Assembly: GCF_004010195.1 (NCBI RefSeq)
Contig: NC_057719.1
Coordinates: 14,010,364-14,074,363, forward strand
Direction: 5' to 3'
DNA from: Chiloscyllium plagiosum
Lineage: Eukaryota
Length of the DNA stretch: 64,000 nucleotides
Part shown: positions 12,087 through 23,895 of the stretch, in pieces
Numbering within the stretch: the stretch's first letter is position 1
Layout: each line of letters opens with the position of its first letter
Position numbers and translations under genes: made by a program
The notes under the pieces: model-generated
Databases searched by the model: none
The model's input: the letters and a program-made list of their open reading frames with translations, nothing else
What the model was told of the DNA's origin: nothing

Positions 12087-12547
12087 TGAAATAATTCCAC
12101 GAAGGCCATTATCTGTGTACCGTACATGACATTGGACCAGCTAGCTCAGAGCCAGATCCGAGAGTGAACAGAATCCCTGACACTCCTGTTTATTTATTTT
12201 TTTATTTTTTTATTTTATTTTTTCTTTTTTTCTTTCGTTCTTTAATTTAACCCCCACACTACCACCTAAGTGCGGTAGTGCTTATTTTTTTTTCCCCAGC
12301 ACCCATGGTGTGTGTGTGCAGGTGTGAGACACAGTGAAAGACACAAAGTGCACGAATCTTTATTCAATTTCCACCACCAGGAAGATAGGAAAACACCCGA
12401 GTGGCCAGTGACAAACACTGCCCTTCACATCAGTGCTACACTCCTGTTTATATCTGTCAGCCAGGGCTCCCTGATTGGACCAGATTACAGCCCCAATCAG
12501 GGAAGTCATATTCTACCCACCTGGCTAAACTCATTCCAATCACTCCA
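12087..12547 (-). mobile_element. Solo-LTR-like element (same family as 8784-9011) carrying a nested poly(A) retroelement
   Basis: Aligns with 8784-9011 on both sides of the insertion; TG...CA termini. Confidence 0.65.
12194..12437 (-). mobile_element. 5'-truncated poly(A)-tailed retroelement 3' UTR (L1/Tx1-like)
   Basis: T-rich tract 12194-12240 (poly-A on minus), AATAAA on minus near 12360, and a 14-bp TSD acactcctgtttat (12180-12193 / 12438-12451). Confidence 0.75.
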
Positions 12548-13627
12548 TTACTTAATAAGAATTTATTTATCTCCGGCCTTGAAAATATTTATAGACTCAG
12601 CTTCCACTGCCTTTTCAGGAAAAGAGCTCCAAACACTCACAACCTTCTGAAAGTAAAAAACGCTCATCTCTGCTTTAAATGGGTGACACCTGATTTTTAA
12701 ACAGTGACTCCCCCCCCACCCCACCAGATCTAGATTCTCCCATGAGAGGAAGCATCCTCTCCCCCACCGCCGCCCCCCCCGCCCCCCAGCAACTTGCCAA
12801 GACCTCTAAGGATTTTGCAAATTTCAATCAAGTTGCCTCTTACTCTTCTTAAATTTCATCAGATACAAGACTGACTGATCCAAATTTTCTTCATGAGATA
12901 ACTCAGCCACATTCTAGGTGGTGGTCTAGTAATCTTTTGCTGAGCTGCTTCTGATATATTTATATCATTCCTTAAAGGAGGGGGCTGATACTGCAGACAG
13001 TGCTCCAGATGTGGTGTCTCTAATGCCTTGTATAACTGAAACATAGCTTCCCTAGCTTTATATTCAATTCCCTCGTAATAACCTATAGCATTCTATTAGA
13101 TTCCCTACTTACTTGCTGTACTTATTCGCCAGACTTTAATGATTCATGCACTAGAGCACCCAGATCCCTCTTCATCTCGGAGTTCGGTAATCCCCCACCA
13201 CTTTCGTAATATTTGTCATTTTCATTCTTACAAAATTTCACAGTTTCCCGCATTATATTCCATGTGCCGAGTCTTTGCCTCATTATGTCCATTTCAAAGC
13301 TTACTTTCCTACCTATCTTTGTGCCATCAGCAAATTATCATCAAACTAAAGAGAAAATGGTAATTTTCGCAATATCAGAAAGCCCATGTTACACACTGTT
13401 ATGACTTAGGTGGGGTAAAGTTTTGAAAATTGAGCACTGCTAATTCCTTAATTGTCTTGTAAAGAATACAAAGTTTCCCAATTTATGTGACTTTCAAGCC
13501 CAGCTTTCTTTTCTAACAAGAATTAATATTTATTCGAAGCATTTAGACTCTTGCTTAAACAATTATAAAAAAATCAGCATACTACGCTACTAATTAAAAT
13601 TCTAATCCTATTATAAATTCTGCCTTC

Positions 13628-13692
13628 CACACACACACCCAGACACACACACACTCACACGCACACACAGACACACACACTACACACACACA
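13628..13692 (+). repeat. Imperfect (CA)n microsatellite
   Basis: Direct reading of interrupted CA runs. Confidence 0.9.
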
Positions 13693-14553
13693 CGATTCGT
13701 AGAAATGTAACATTGACTTAGATTATTAAGAGAGAACCAAGAAACAAGTTACTTGCTTAAATGGCCCTTGAAGTTGAAAAACGTTGCAGGCCAGATTGAT
13801 TTGCTTTTGCTGCCTTGAAGACAAATGAAGATTGGCAGTTTCTGGCTGTTTAGCTGAAGTTATGGCCGAGATGCTATAATGAAAAAAAGTAATCTTGCAG
13901 ATAAAATGACTAAGGCTTTTTTTTAACTGGCCATCATTTTGAGGCAGTGTTCTGTCTGGAAGTGATCTCCTTGTGGTTCTGGTCCCACCCTGACCTGCTA
14001 GTAACCTTCTGGATTAATAATGGGTTGACCCAAATTTGGGTCATTTCAATGCTGTATTGATGCATTCCTATTGCCTACACAGTACATTGGAGCTGATGTG
14101 ATAGATACAGAATGAGGAATTTCCTATCAACATGGTCATGATTAGCGCACTGGGCTGGCTTTTCAGAGGAACGGTAATCAGTTGCAAATTGCCCTCTCTC
14201 TTATGTAAATAAAAGTGCTGAATATCTGACAGGAAGTTCTGACCAAGGCTCCTTCACAAATTCAGGTCCATATTTTAAATCCGACAGTTCCTCATAGTGC
14301 AAGATTGTCAGAGGAAGGCCAGCCATGCCCCTTTATACAGCAGTCAGTTATGATATTCTGTGATTTAAATCTCCAGCATCAGAACAGCCCCTGTACTGGA
14401 GGGAGAGGAGTCGTGATTCCCATGTTTTTTAGAACAAATCGGTCTTTATACAGAGTTCTTTACTATACAGCTTGAGCGAGGTTCCTCTTTTGACACTTTG
14501 GCTCTCTCAGCCACATATAACATTTTTATTCAACAATTTGAATAACAATTTGT

Positions 14554-14796
14554 GGGCGGCACGGTGGCACAGTGGTTAGCACTGCTGCCTCACAGCGCCA
14601 GAGACCTCCGGTTTCCTCCCACAGTCCAAAGATGTGCAGGTCAGGTGAATTGGCCATGCTAAATTGCCCGTAGTGTTAGGTAAGGGGTAAACGTAAGGGT
14701 ATGGGTGGGTTGCGCTTCGGCGGGGCGGAGTGGACTTGTTGGGCCGAAGGGCCTGTTTCCACACTGTAAGTAAGTAATCTAAGTAATCTAATCTAA
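14554..14796 (+). mobile_element. HE1 SINE with internal deletion
   Basis: Head gggcggcacggtggcacagtggttagc joins directly to tccggtttcctcccacag, so the B box and V domain are missing relative to 27344-27663; (taatc)n tail. Confidence 0.9.
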
Positions 14797-15392
14797 TTGC
14801 ATGCACTATCGGTGTCATTATTAGCCACACCTCCTTTTCTATATATCCAATCCTGTAAACACACGATCAATGATGGACAACACTATGGACAGTCCTGTGT
14901 TTCATGATATTTATCAGATATCTCCACCATTTGTCTTTGGGATCTTACAATGCATCTGACAATTATACTCCTTCCCAGACATTTACCAGCTGTATCATGT
15001 TAATTGCCAATAAACTGGATACTTACTTATCACTGAGAACTCTTACAAATTCGGTGTTACAATTTATATTCCCTACTAACCTTATGAGAAACGATATAAA
15101 AAGATACTAATTTCTATCAATTGTCATAAAATTTGTAATCTCAGTTCCAATACAAAATTAGATAGTCACAGTTTATAGTTCTTCAACAAAGCTAACAAAC
15201 TGGGAGGTGATTCTCTCTCACTCAACCTTGGGAGATCAAACAAACACAGTCTCTCTGCCTTGCAGCTGCACTTTATGAGCTCTGTTGTAAATTGGTTTTA
15301 AACCTGAAGGTTAGTTCTTGATAAACCTTATTGTCTCTACTCTAAACCTGCTTCATACTAATTTTTTTTACTTCAATAAGACGGCATTTATT

Positions 15393-15589
15393 CGAAGTTG
15401 AAAAGTGCGGCACTAGAAAAGCACAGCAGGTCAGGCAGCATCCGAGGAGCAGGAGAATTGATCACTTCGGGGCTTTTGCCTGAAACGTGGACTCTCCTGC
15501 TCCTTGGATGCTGTCTGACTAGCTGTGCTTTTCCAGTGCTGCACTTTTCGACTCTGATCTCCAGCATCTGCAATCCTCACTTTCTCCTC
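15393..15589. mobile_element. Short PLE-derived element, family B, inverted dimer
   Basis: Minus-oriented part 15395-15460 is followed by a plus-oriented copy. TSD gcatttatt (15384-15392 / 15590-15598). Confidence 0.85.
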
Positions 15590-17745
15590 GCATTTATTTG
15601 AATTCCATTGCTGAGCATGAAATCCAATCACTCGCACAGCTTTTACCAAGTTATCAAAAGAAACTTATTTAGATTGTCAAGATATAACAGGACATGACCT
15701 CACTGCCACCATTATCTTATAATTTGTCTCTGGCATCCTTCCCTTGATCTTTGGATGCAATGATCTGCACTTAAGCTGCAATTTTTGTTTTCCATGTTTA
15801 ACAACCTCTTTTTCTCTAGTGGTCATCTAGTTACACCACTTGTTGCTCCATCTTCCCTGTTAATGGAGGAGCCTTTGTTCAACTATCTAAGGTTGGCTGT
15901 TCATAGGAGCTCAACTAAATCCCTGCATGTTACTTTGTGGGTTGCATTTTTAATTTCACAATACTCATATGGGTATGTTTAATATTAATGACAATTACCC
16001 AACGAATCTAGATTATTGTGGTATCATGCATTTCTTGCTAAACTACAATTTTCAGGCTGGCTTTTACTAGCCGTCTCCTATCAATGTTTCTCAAGGATGT
16101 TTTCTTATCAAAAAAAGCTTTTGTGCTCAGAGCTGCCTCTCTACAGAAATCTGATTAAATTATCTCACCAGAAACCCTTTATAACTGCTATTGAACATTT
16201 CATTATGCTACCCAGTACTCTGTATGGAGACCATAAGTCTGACTGTGAACACCTGCTATATGTAACTGCTCATCCCTTTTTCGGCCATCTTATGTCAGCT
16301 AAAAATCCCCAGGTGGCCATTTTGTCAATCTTAGTCATAGGCCGCTTCAACACCCTGTGAAAGGGAAGTATGTAAAGTAAGTTGATGAAGAATCACAGGA
16401 ATTGAAACTTTGCTTTCTCTCTCCAGGTGCTGCCAGATCTGCTGAGTTTCACCAGCAATTTCTGTTTTGTTTCAGCATCCACATGTCTTTTAATTTATTT
16501 TATGGAAGTAAGTGTGAGGTTAGGATGTCCGGAGGACTGAGTGCAAAGTGGATAAAAGGGTATCAGGCTGGATAATAGGGTGCCAGGTGGGTAAGGTGAT
16601 GCAAAGTGTTGAAGGGACGAGGTCCGTAATGGAGGACAGGCCAGGGTGGGGGGAGGCTATTAGAAGTTGACAGTGATTAGCAGGGGTGGTGTTTGGCATG
16701 TTTCAGACCCAGTGGCTGTTGGAGGGCACTGGGGGAGAGATCTGTGGTGAAAAAGCAATGGTGTGGTGAGGGGAGGTGTCGGGTTCTAGCAGAAGAAGGG
16801 TAGTGTTGGGTCATCCATCATTTTGGGGATATAAGGTGTCTGGGGAGATGTAATTGGAGAGGCCTGTGGCAAATTGGAAGGGGAGGGGGGGAGGTGTCAG
16901 GTGTGTACTTAACAGTTGAGCTAGGAGTTAGACTTGATTTTTAATAGTCAGATTTTTCCTGAGTTACTCTTTACTTAACCGCAGCAGAATTCTCTCAACT
17001 GAATAATATGATAAATGGATACTTTCAGAGGGGTCCAGGCATAGAGCAATTGCTCAGTAGAATCTTCAATTTCTCAGGAAATTCCCACAGAGGATTCCAC
17101 AGGTTCCCAACCCTCAACTCCCATCTCTGTTGCAAAAATGATTGCCCTGACCATCAGAAAATCCAAGCCTTTAGTGACATCTCGCTTTCATGGGACTGAG
17201 AGCTCTGTTTGCCATTGTTTGTTAATCTCTTCCATTGAAATGGTAAGAAGTATTGAAGTATGCGAATATCCACTTGGTGTGTGAAGTAATGTCTCAGGAA
17301 TGGTATCCCTGTCTTTGAATCAAAACTACAAGAAGAAGTCACCTGACTTTCCAGTTTTGTGTGGATGCAGTGTCTATTGTTCCATGGTGGTTTCTTGTTA
17401 ATGGTATGGTTTCCACTTCTCAATTAGTTTCATGGGTGTTGTACACCATACAAAAAAACTTCAAATTCCTGCTTCTGAAAATCATTCCATTGCTTTAACT
17501 GTTATTGTTGTAAGATGCCCAGATCTGCCTGATTTTTAGAATGTGAGAAACATTGACCAAAACGTTCTCCTTGTGAAGATCTTCTTCCTACATGCTTGTG
17601 ATCTATGGAGTTAAGATGCTGTCAAACTGCTGTTAGGTAGGAACCCCCAGGATTTTAACTCAGAAGCTTTAAAGGAACAGCTGTATGTATTCAGTAGGAT
17701 GGTGCATTTTTCAGAGCAGAGTTTTGTTTGTATTGATATTTCCGA

Positions 17746-18054
17746 TGGTGGCGCGTTGGCTCAGTGGTCAGCACTGCTACCTCACAGCACCAGGGACCTG
17801 GTTTCAATCCCACCCATGGGCGACTGTCTGTGTGGAGTTTGCACATTCTCCTTGTGTCCATGTTGGTTTCCTCCCGCAGTTCAAAGATGTCCAGGTTAGG
17901 TGGATTGGCCGTATTAAATTGCTCCATAATGTCCAGGGATGTGCAGTCCAGCTGAGTTAGCCATGGGGATAGGATAGGGGGTGGACGCTCTTCAGAGGAT
18001 TAGCAAGGACTCGATGGGCTGAATGGCCTGCTTCCATGCTGCAGGGATTCTATG
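17746..18054 (+). mobile_element. HE1 SINE inserted in an old LINE remnant
   Basis: tggctcagtggtcagcactgctacctcacagc...tgtgtggagtttgcacattctcc...gggattctat tail. Confidence 0.88.
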
Positions 18055-18295
18055 GCTGCTCTCTCCTGAAGTGGTCGATAAATCTTGCTGACTTACTCTT
18101 TCACATCAATCACAATGAGATGTTAATGGATTAGGTGGGTGTTTTGGCTGATAAATGCAGCCTGCTTTATTTTGGACTATGTAAAACACTTTGAGCGTTG
18201 CTGTGGCAGTGCCTGTTCAGACAAGTGGAGAATAGCATTAGGTTGTAATTCATGCCTGGGAGGTGGTGGCAAGAGTCCATACAGTCAGGGAGTGA

Positions 18296-18431
18296 AACCA
18301 AAAAAAGAGAAAATGCTGGAAAATCTCAGCAAGTCTGGCAGCATTTGTAAGGAGAGAAAAGAGCTGACGTTTCGAGTCTAACTGACCCTTTGTCAAAGTT
18401 TAAAAAAAAGGATGAATAGGGAGGTATTTAT
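18296..18431 (-). mobile_element. Short PLE-derived element, family C
   Basis: Perfect 13-bp TSD agtcagggagtga (18283-18295 / 18432-18444); tail resembles family B (atgctgccaga..gctgag..ttccagca). Confidence 0.78.
18362..18400 (-). ncRNA. Minimal hammerhead motif with U3-A8 core variant
   Basis: Minus strand: aact-TTGACAA-a-GGGTC-agtta-GACTC-GAAA-cg-TC-agct. Confidence 0.65.
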
Positions 18432-19346
18432 AGTCAGGGAGTGAGTCAGTCAGCACAGAAAGCTTTATTCCTTTTCTGCTCTTGCATCTAATCCTTTATG
18501 TGGCTGACCCAGTTAGGATTTTGGGCAGAGTGTTGATGTCTGAGTTTCCAACTATAGTAATGCCATTGAATGTAAAGAGAGATATTGTTGAAGGTGGAGT
18601 CAGAAAGGATCATATATTGCAGTCAGATGGAAGAGGGTCAAGTGGTTCCTTTTCTTTCCAACTTTCTTGACCAATTGCAATAATAGTTTACATTCTTCTT
18701 AGCACAAGACTATCCTTTTCTCTAATTTGAATATATTCTTGTTTTTTTACAGGCACAGTAAGGAGCAAATCTCAAGGTTTTCTTGAGTTAAAAAAGAAAT
18801 CAAGTTAATTACCGGAAAAAAGATACAAGTCGCAGAACTGTAACAGCACAGAAAGAGGCCATTCTGCCCATTGTGCCTTATCTGGTTCCTTTGCCTGGTG
18901 CCAACTTCCTGTCTTTTCCCCATTCTCTCTGCATGCCATTTCTATCTAATCAATCATCCAATGCCCCTCTTGAATGGTCCAGTGGAACCTGCCTTCACCA
19001 TATTCCTAGGCAGCACATTCCAGACCCAAACTACTCATTATGTGTAAAAGTTTTATCTCATACCACCCTTGCTTCATTTGTACATCACTTTAAATCTCTC
19101 CTCTTTTTTTCTTTTATGGGTGGAAACAGCTTCTCCCCATCTACTCTGTTGAGCCCACTTATGATTTTGAAACATCACACAGTCTTTGAGCAGTTACACA
19201 CTCATGCAAATTTAGAAGGGGATAGCATTCAGTACAAAAGGAAGATTTAAGAATATATAGTTCAGAGTATTTTTTGTATTCTTGAGGCATCGGGCTTTAA
19301 TCTGAGATGTGATTGGTTAGTTTGTTGCTTATACCATCACAGTAGA

Positions 19347-19856
19347 AGTGCAGGTTCATAGCTCCTTGAAAGTGGAGTCGCAGGTAGATAGGATAGTGAA
19401 GAAGGCGTTTGGTATGCTTTCCTTTATTGGTCAGAGTATTGAGTACAGGAGTTGGGAGGTCATGTTGCGGCTGTNNNNNNNNNNNNNNNNNNNNNNNNNN
19501 NNNNNNNNNNNNNNNNNNNNNNNNNNNNNNNNNNNNNNNNNNNNNNNNNNNNNNNNNNNNNNNNNNNNNNNNNGCATAGGTTTAGGGTGAGAGGGGAAAG
19601 ATATAAAAGAGACCTAAGGGGCAACATTTTCAAGCAGAGGGTGATACGTGTATGGAATGAGCTGCCAGAGGAAGTGGTGGAGGCTGGTACAATTCCAACA
19701 TTTAAGAGGCATTGGATGGGTATATGAATAGGAAGGGTTTGGAGGGATATGGGCCGGGTGCTGGCAGGTGGGACTAGATTGGGTTGGGATATCTGGTCGG
19801 TATGGACAGGTTGGACCAAAGGGTCTGTTTCCATGCTGTACATCTCTATGACTCTA
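19347..19856 (+). mobile_element. HER1-type CR1 LINE 3' fragment (contains an N gap)
   Basis: VKKAFGMLSFIGQSIEYRSWEVML, QRVIRVWNELPEEVVEAG; tail gtttccatgctgtacatctctatgactct. Confidence 0.92.
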
Positions 19857-19918
19857 AATATTGCAGTTTTAAAAGTATTTAGTTTCCTGATTTTGTTTTC
19901 CTGTCAGTGCTGTAATTG

Positions 19919-20019
19919 AAGTGCTGAGGAAGGGTCACTGGACCTCAACATGTAAACTGACTTCTCTCCACAGATGCTGCCAGACCTACTGAGCTTTTCC
20001 AGCACTCTCTGCTTTTGTT
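19919..20019 (+). mobile_element. Short PLE-derived element, family C, with decayed hammerhead
   Basis: CTGAGGA-a-GGGTC-actg-GACCT followed by a mutated GAAA; 13-bp TSD-like agtgctg(t/c)aa(t/c)tg (19906-19918 / 20020-20032). Confidence 0.7.
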
Positions 20020-21041
20020 AGTGCTGCAACTGGGTGCTTTTTGTCTTCAGACACAACGAGGGAGAGAGAGAGAGAGAGAGTCTTTTGCAATCTAAGTTCA
20101 GTTCTGCAGTCCGTTATCCATTGCTTCAGCCAAATAATAATCTTCCTGATATTCCAGCTTATTTGTATATTCCATTTGTCATCATGTCTAGATAGGTGCT
20201 ATTTCATCCCCAACATGTGAAGATCCTCATAGTGGTGTAAAGTGAAATACAAGATGAGGCTTTTTCATGTCTGTGTGGGGACCTGGCTGGTTCATTGCCC
20301 TTTGGTAGAATGTTTATAACTCAGGCTCTCTCAATTTCATGAAACGTGACAATCTGTGATTGTGACCACTAGGTGTCTTTGGTCCCTTCTAGATCCATTT
20401 CAGTCAATGGAAGTCGTAGACAATGGAATTCAAAGATTAGTGGTTGTATTTTGAATAAGCATTACTCTCATGTAATGAAAATGTTATTTATCACTTATCA
20501 ACCCAAGCTAGGATTTTGTCCAGCCCTTATCACTTGTGGGAATGAACTGCTTGATAATCTGAGGAATTACAACTGGGATTGAATCTGTAATAACTGCCCT
20601 CTGAGAACAATAAATATGTTCCACATTCTTCAGTGCCAACTATCACTCTAATCACTGGTGACTCTCTCCCTTATCCCCATTAAATTTAATGTTAATTTTA
20701 CATTTAGCTGGCTACTTCCTTGATGCCAAGTGCTGTCACACTTTCCTCCCATTTGTCCACGTGGAGATCAAGCCTGTTACAGAACCCAGAAGCAAATGGT
20801 CCTGATATAAACTGAACATCGGTGTACCAGTATTAGTGAATAGCTGTGGTAACAATGTGGATGACTTCTCCTATCAAGGATTCATGATTAAGATATCAAT
20901 GATTCTTCTCCTCTCAAGATGCTCACCACCATCCAAGGCAAAGTAACTATTTATATGCCACCAATTCATCGTGCACTCCCTGTACCACTGGCACGCAATG
21001 GCAGCAGCGTGTAACATCTATATGTTGCCTTGTAGCAACTT

Positions 21042-22612
21042 AGAGCATAGGATCACACAACACGGAAACAGACCCTTCAGTCCATCTCATCCATTCCAAC
21101 CAAGTTTCCCAAACTAAAGTAGTCCCATTTGCCTGCATTTGGCCCAGATCCCTTGAAACCTTTGCAATCCATGTACCTGTCCAAATGTCTTTTAAGTGTT
21201 GTAACTGTGCCTATATTTACCACTTTCTTTGGCAGTTCATTTCATATATTCATCATACTCCGTGTGAAAAAGTTGCCTCTCGGGTCCCTTTTAAATCTTT
21301 CTCCTCTTGCCTTAAACCCATGCACTCCAGTTTTGGAGTCCTCTACCCTAATGAAAAGACCTTGGCTACTCACATTATCTACGCCCCTCATTGATTTATA
21401 AACCACGACAAGGTCGCTCTTCAATCCCCTATGCTCCAGGGAAAGAAGTCCCACCTATCTAGCCTCTCCTTACAACTCAAAGCCTCCAGTCCCAGCAACA
21501 TTCTGGTAAATCTTTTCATATAATCCATACAGTGTGGAGGCAGGCTATTTGGCCCATTGAGTCCACATCAACCCTCCAACAGGCAGCCCACCCAGACCCA
21601 CCCCCAAATCCTATTCTCATAATGCTGCATTTCCAATGGCTAATCCATCCAGCCTGAACATCCCTGGACATTATTAGCAAATTTAGCATGGCCAATCCAC
21701 CTAGCCTACACATCTTTGGACTGTGGGAGGAAACCCGAGCACCCGGAGGAAACCCACGCAGACACGGGGCAAATATACAAACTCTACACAATCAGTCGCC
21801 TGAGGGTAGGATCAAACCCGGGTCCCTGGCGCTGAGAGGCAGCAGTGCTAACCACTAATCACTGAGTCACCATGTACACCCTCTCAAAGTTAATAATATC
21901 CTTCCTATCGCAGGATGATCACAACTGTACACAGTACTCCAAAAGTGACCTCACCAATGTCTTGTATAACCGCAACATGACATCCCAACTCCTATACTCA
22001 GTGGTCTGAGCAATGAAGGCAAACATACCAAACACCTTCTTTACCACCTTGTCTAACTGCGATGCCATTTTCATTGAACTATTATCTGAACCTCTAGATT
22101 TCTCTGTTTGACAATACTTTCCAGGGCCCTACCATTAACTTGCTTGTCTTACCAAACCGCAACACCTTGCATTTATCTAAATTAAACTCCATCTGTTATT
22201 CCTCGGCCCATTGGCCCAAGCTAATCAAAATCCCTTTGTAATCTTAGATAACCTTCTTCAGTGTCCACTGTACCACCAATTTTGGTGTCATACACAAACT
22301 TACTAACCATGCTTCCTATAATCTCATCCAAACCAATTAAATAAATGACCAACAACTTACCCATCACTGATGTCAACCTCACTGGTCAGTATTTCCCAGG
22401 CTTCTTCTTGCAGCCTTTCTTAAATAAAGGTACATTATTAGCCGCCCTCCAGCCCCCAGGCACCTCACCCATATCTGTCGATGGTACAAATATCTCTAAA
22501 AACGGACCCACAATTTCTTCCTGAGCTTCCCACAGTAATCTGGGATACAATTAGTCAGAAGCAAGGGATTGATCAACCTTTATATCTTTAAGGTCTCCAG
22601 TGCCTCCTCTTC
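21042..22612 (-). mobile_element. HER1-like CR1 LINE RT fragment inserted in an older LINE
   Basis: Minus ORF GLLSLEHRGLKSDL...FKARGERFKRDPRGNFFT. The older LINE at about 20930-21040 resumes at about 22620. Confidence 0.85.
21518..21875 (-). mobile_element. HE1 SINE nested in the HER1-like LINE
   Basis: ggcagcagtgctaaccact, gggaggaaacccgagcacccggaggaaacccacgcagacac (reverse complement of HE1). Confidence 0.9.
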
Positions 22613-23244
22613 TTTGACAGCCCCTTCCTAACTCAGACATTCTTCCACCTAAAATAACAAGCACTTGCAAGTTTCCCTCCAAGCCCTCATCGTCCTGACA
22701 TAGAACAATTTCACCGTTCTTTCACTGTCACTGCATCAACCTCCTCTAATTCCTTTTCTAACAGCACTGTGGATGCCCTGCTCCCATGGTGTGTAATAAC
22801 ATCTCTAAACAGGATGATGAGAAAAAAAAAATCATTCTTATCTGTTAACATGCATCATGGTAGCCCAGGGAGGTATGCATTTTCTTCAGGTCTATCGCAT
22901 GATACTACTGGAAACACATTCACTTTTTAATTAACTGAATGGAAAGGTAATAACTCAGAAAGCCTGACTGGACATGATTATTTATGGTTGAACACCAAAA
23001 TAGTGTCACTACTTGTGTGGCTAGTCCCACTCCGGGACAGACAGTCCTGCTGACCCAGCTCTGTGTCTGCTTTTTAAAATAAAATTACATCCAGAAGTGC
23101 AATTACACACAACTGAATGGCTTTCCCATCATCAAATCACCACGATGTTTATTCCATGCCCTCCACCCAATACAGACCACCACCAGTAAATCATACGTGT
23201 AACCAACTGGATTTTCAAATGGTTCTGTTTTACTTTTTATTGTC

Positions 23245-23895
23245 ATCACCCTGCTCAGAGATGTTGTTATACACTTCTGGAGCCAGTAGGACTCAAACTC
23301 AAGCCTACTGGCTCAGAGACAGGGACACTACCATTACATAAGAACGTAAGAACTCGGAGCAGGAGTAGGCCATCCGGCCCCTCGAGCCTGCTCCTCCATT
23401 CAATAAGATCATGGCTGCTTTTTTCATGTACTCAGATCCACTTACACTTCCTCTCACCATAGCCCTTAATTCCTTTATTGTTCAAAAAACAATCTACCTT
23501 AGCTGTAAAAATGTTTTCTGAAGTAGTGTCAACTACTTCACTGGGCAAGGAATTCCACAGATTCACAATCCTCTGGGTGAAGAAGTTCCTTCTCAATTCA
23601 GTCATAAATCTGCTCCCTCTAACGTTGAGGGTATGCCCTCTTGTCCTAGCTTCATCTGCCAGTGGAAATAGCCTCTCTATTTCTATTCTCTTCATAATTT
23701 TATATGTTTCTATACGATCCCTCCTCAATCTTCTGAATTATACCACAAGAGCCCTCCTGGGTCTGTTTTATTTCATACATATTCTAATCAAGCTGTTCAG
23801 AGATGTTGTTAAACTCCTTTGGAACAAATGAGACCTGAACCTGAGTCACTTGGTTCAGAGGTTGTGATATTACCACTGTACCACATGAAGCCTTT
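23245..23895 (-). mobile_element. Two tandem ~110-bp tRNA-like SINE units (the first split by CR1)
   Basis: Minus strand shows A-box tggtacagtgg and B-box-like ggttcaggtc, with common 3' part taacaacatctctgaacag. A related copy lies at 39950-40050. Confidence 0.6.
23336..23737 (-). mobile_element. CR1 LINE 3' fragment
   Basis: Minus ORF IETYKIMK...ARTRGH...ELRRNFFTQRIVNLWNSLP plus tail. Confidence 0.9.

Larger units (their letters stand above)
11995..13345 (-). mobile_element. Decayed CR1 LINE 3' region, interrupted by a solo LTR
   Basis: Minus-strand QLYKALETPHLEHCLQY (CR1 LYKxLVRPHLEYCVQFW motif); tail at about 11995-12086. Confidence 0.75.

Noticed and set aside
16500..16910. G-rich strand-biased tract as a G-quadruplex regulatory element
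   Set aside because: G-runs are irregular and widely spaced, and nothing else supports a function.
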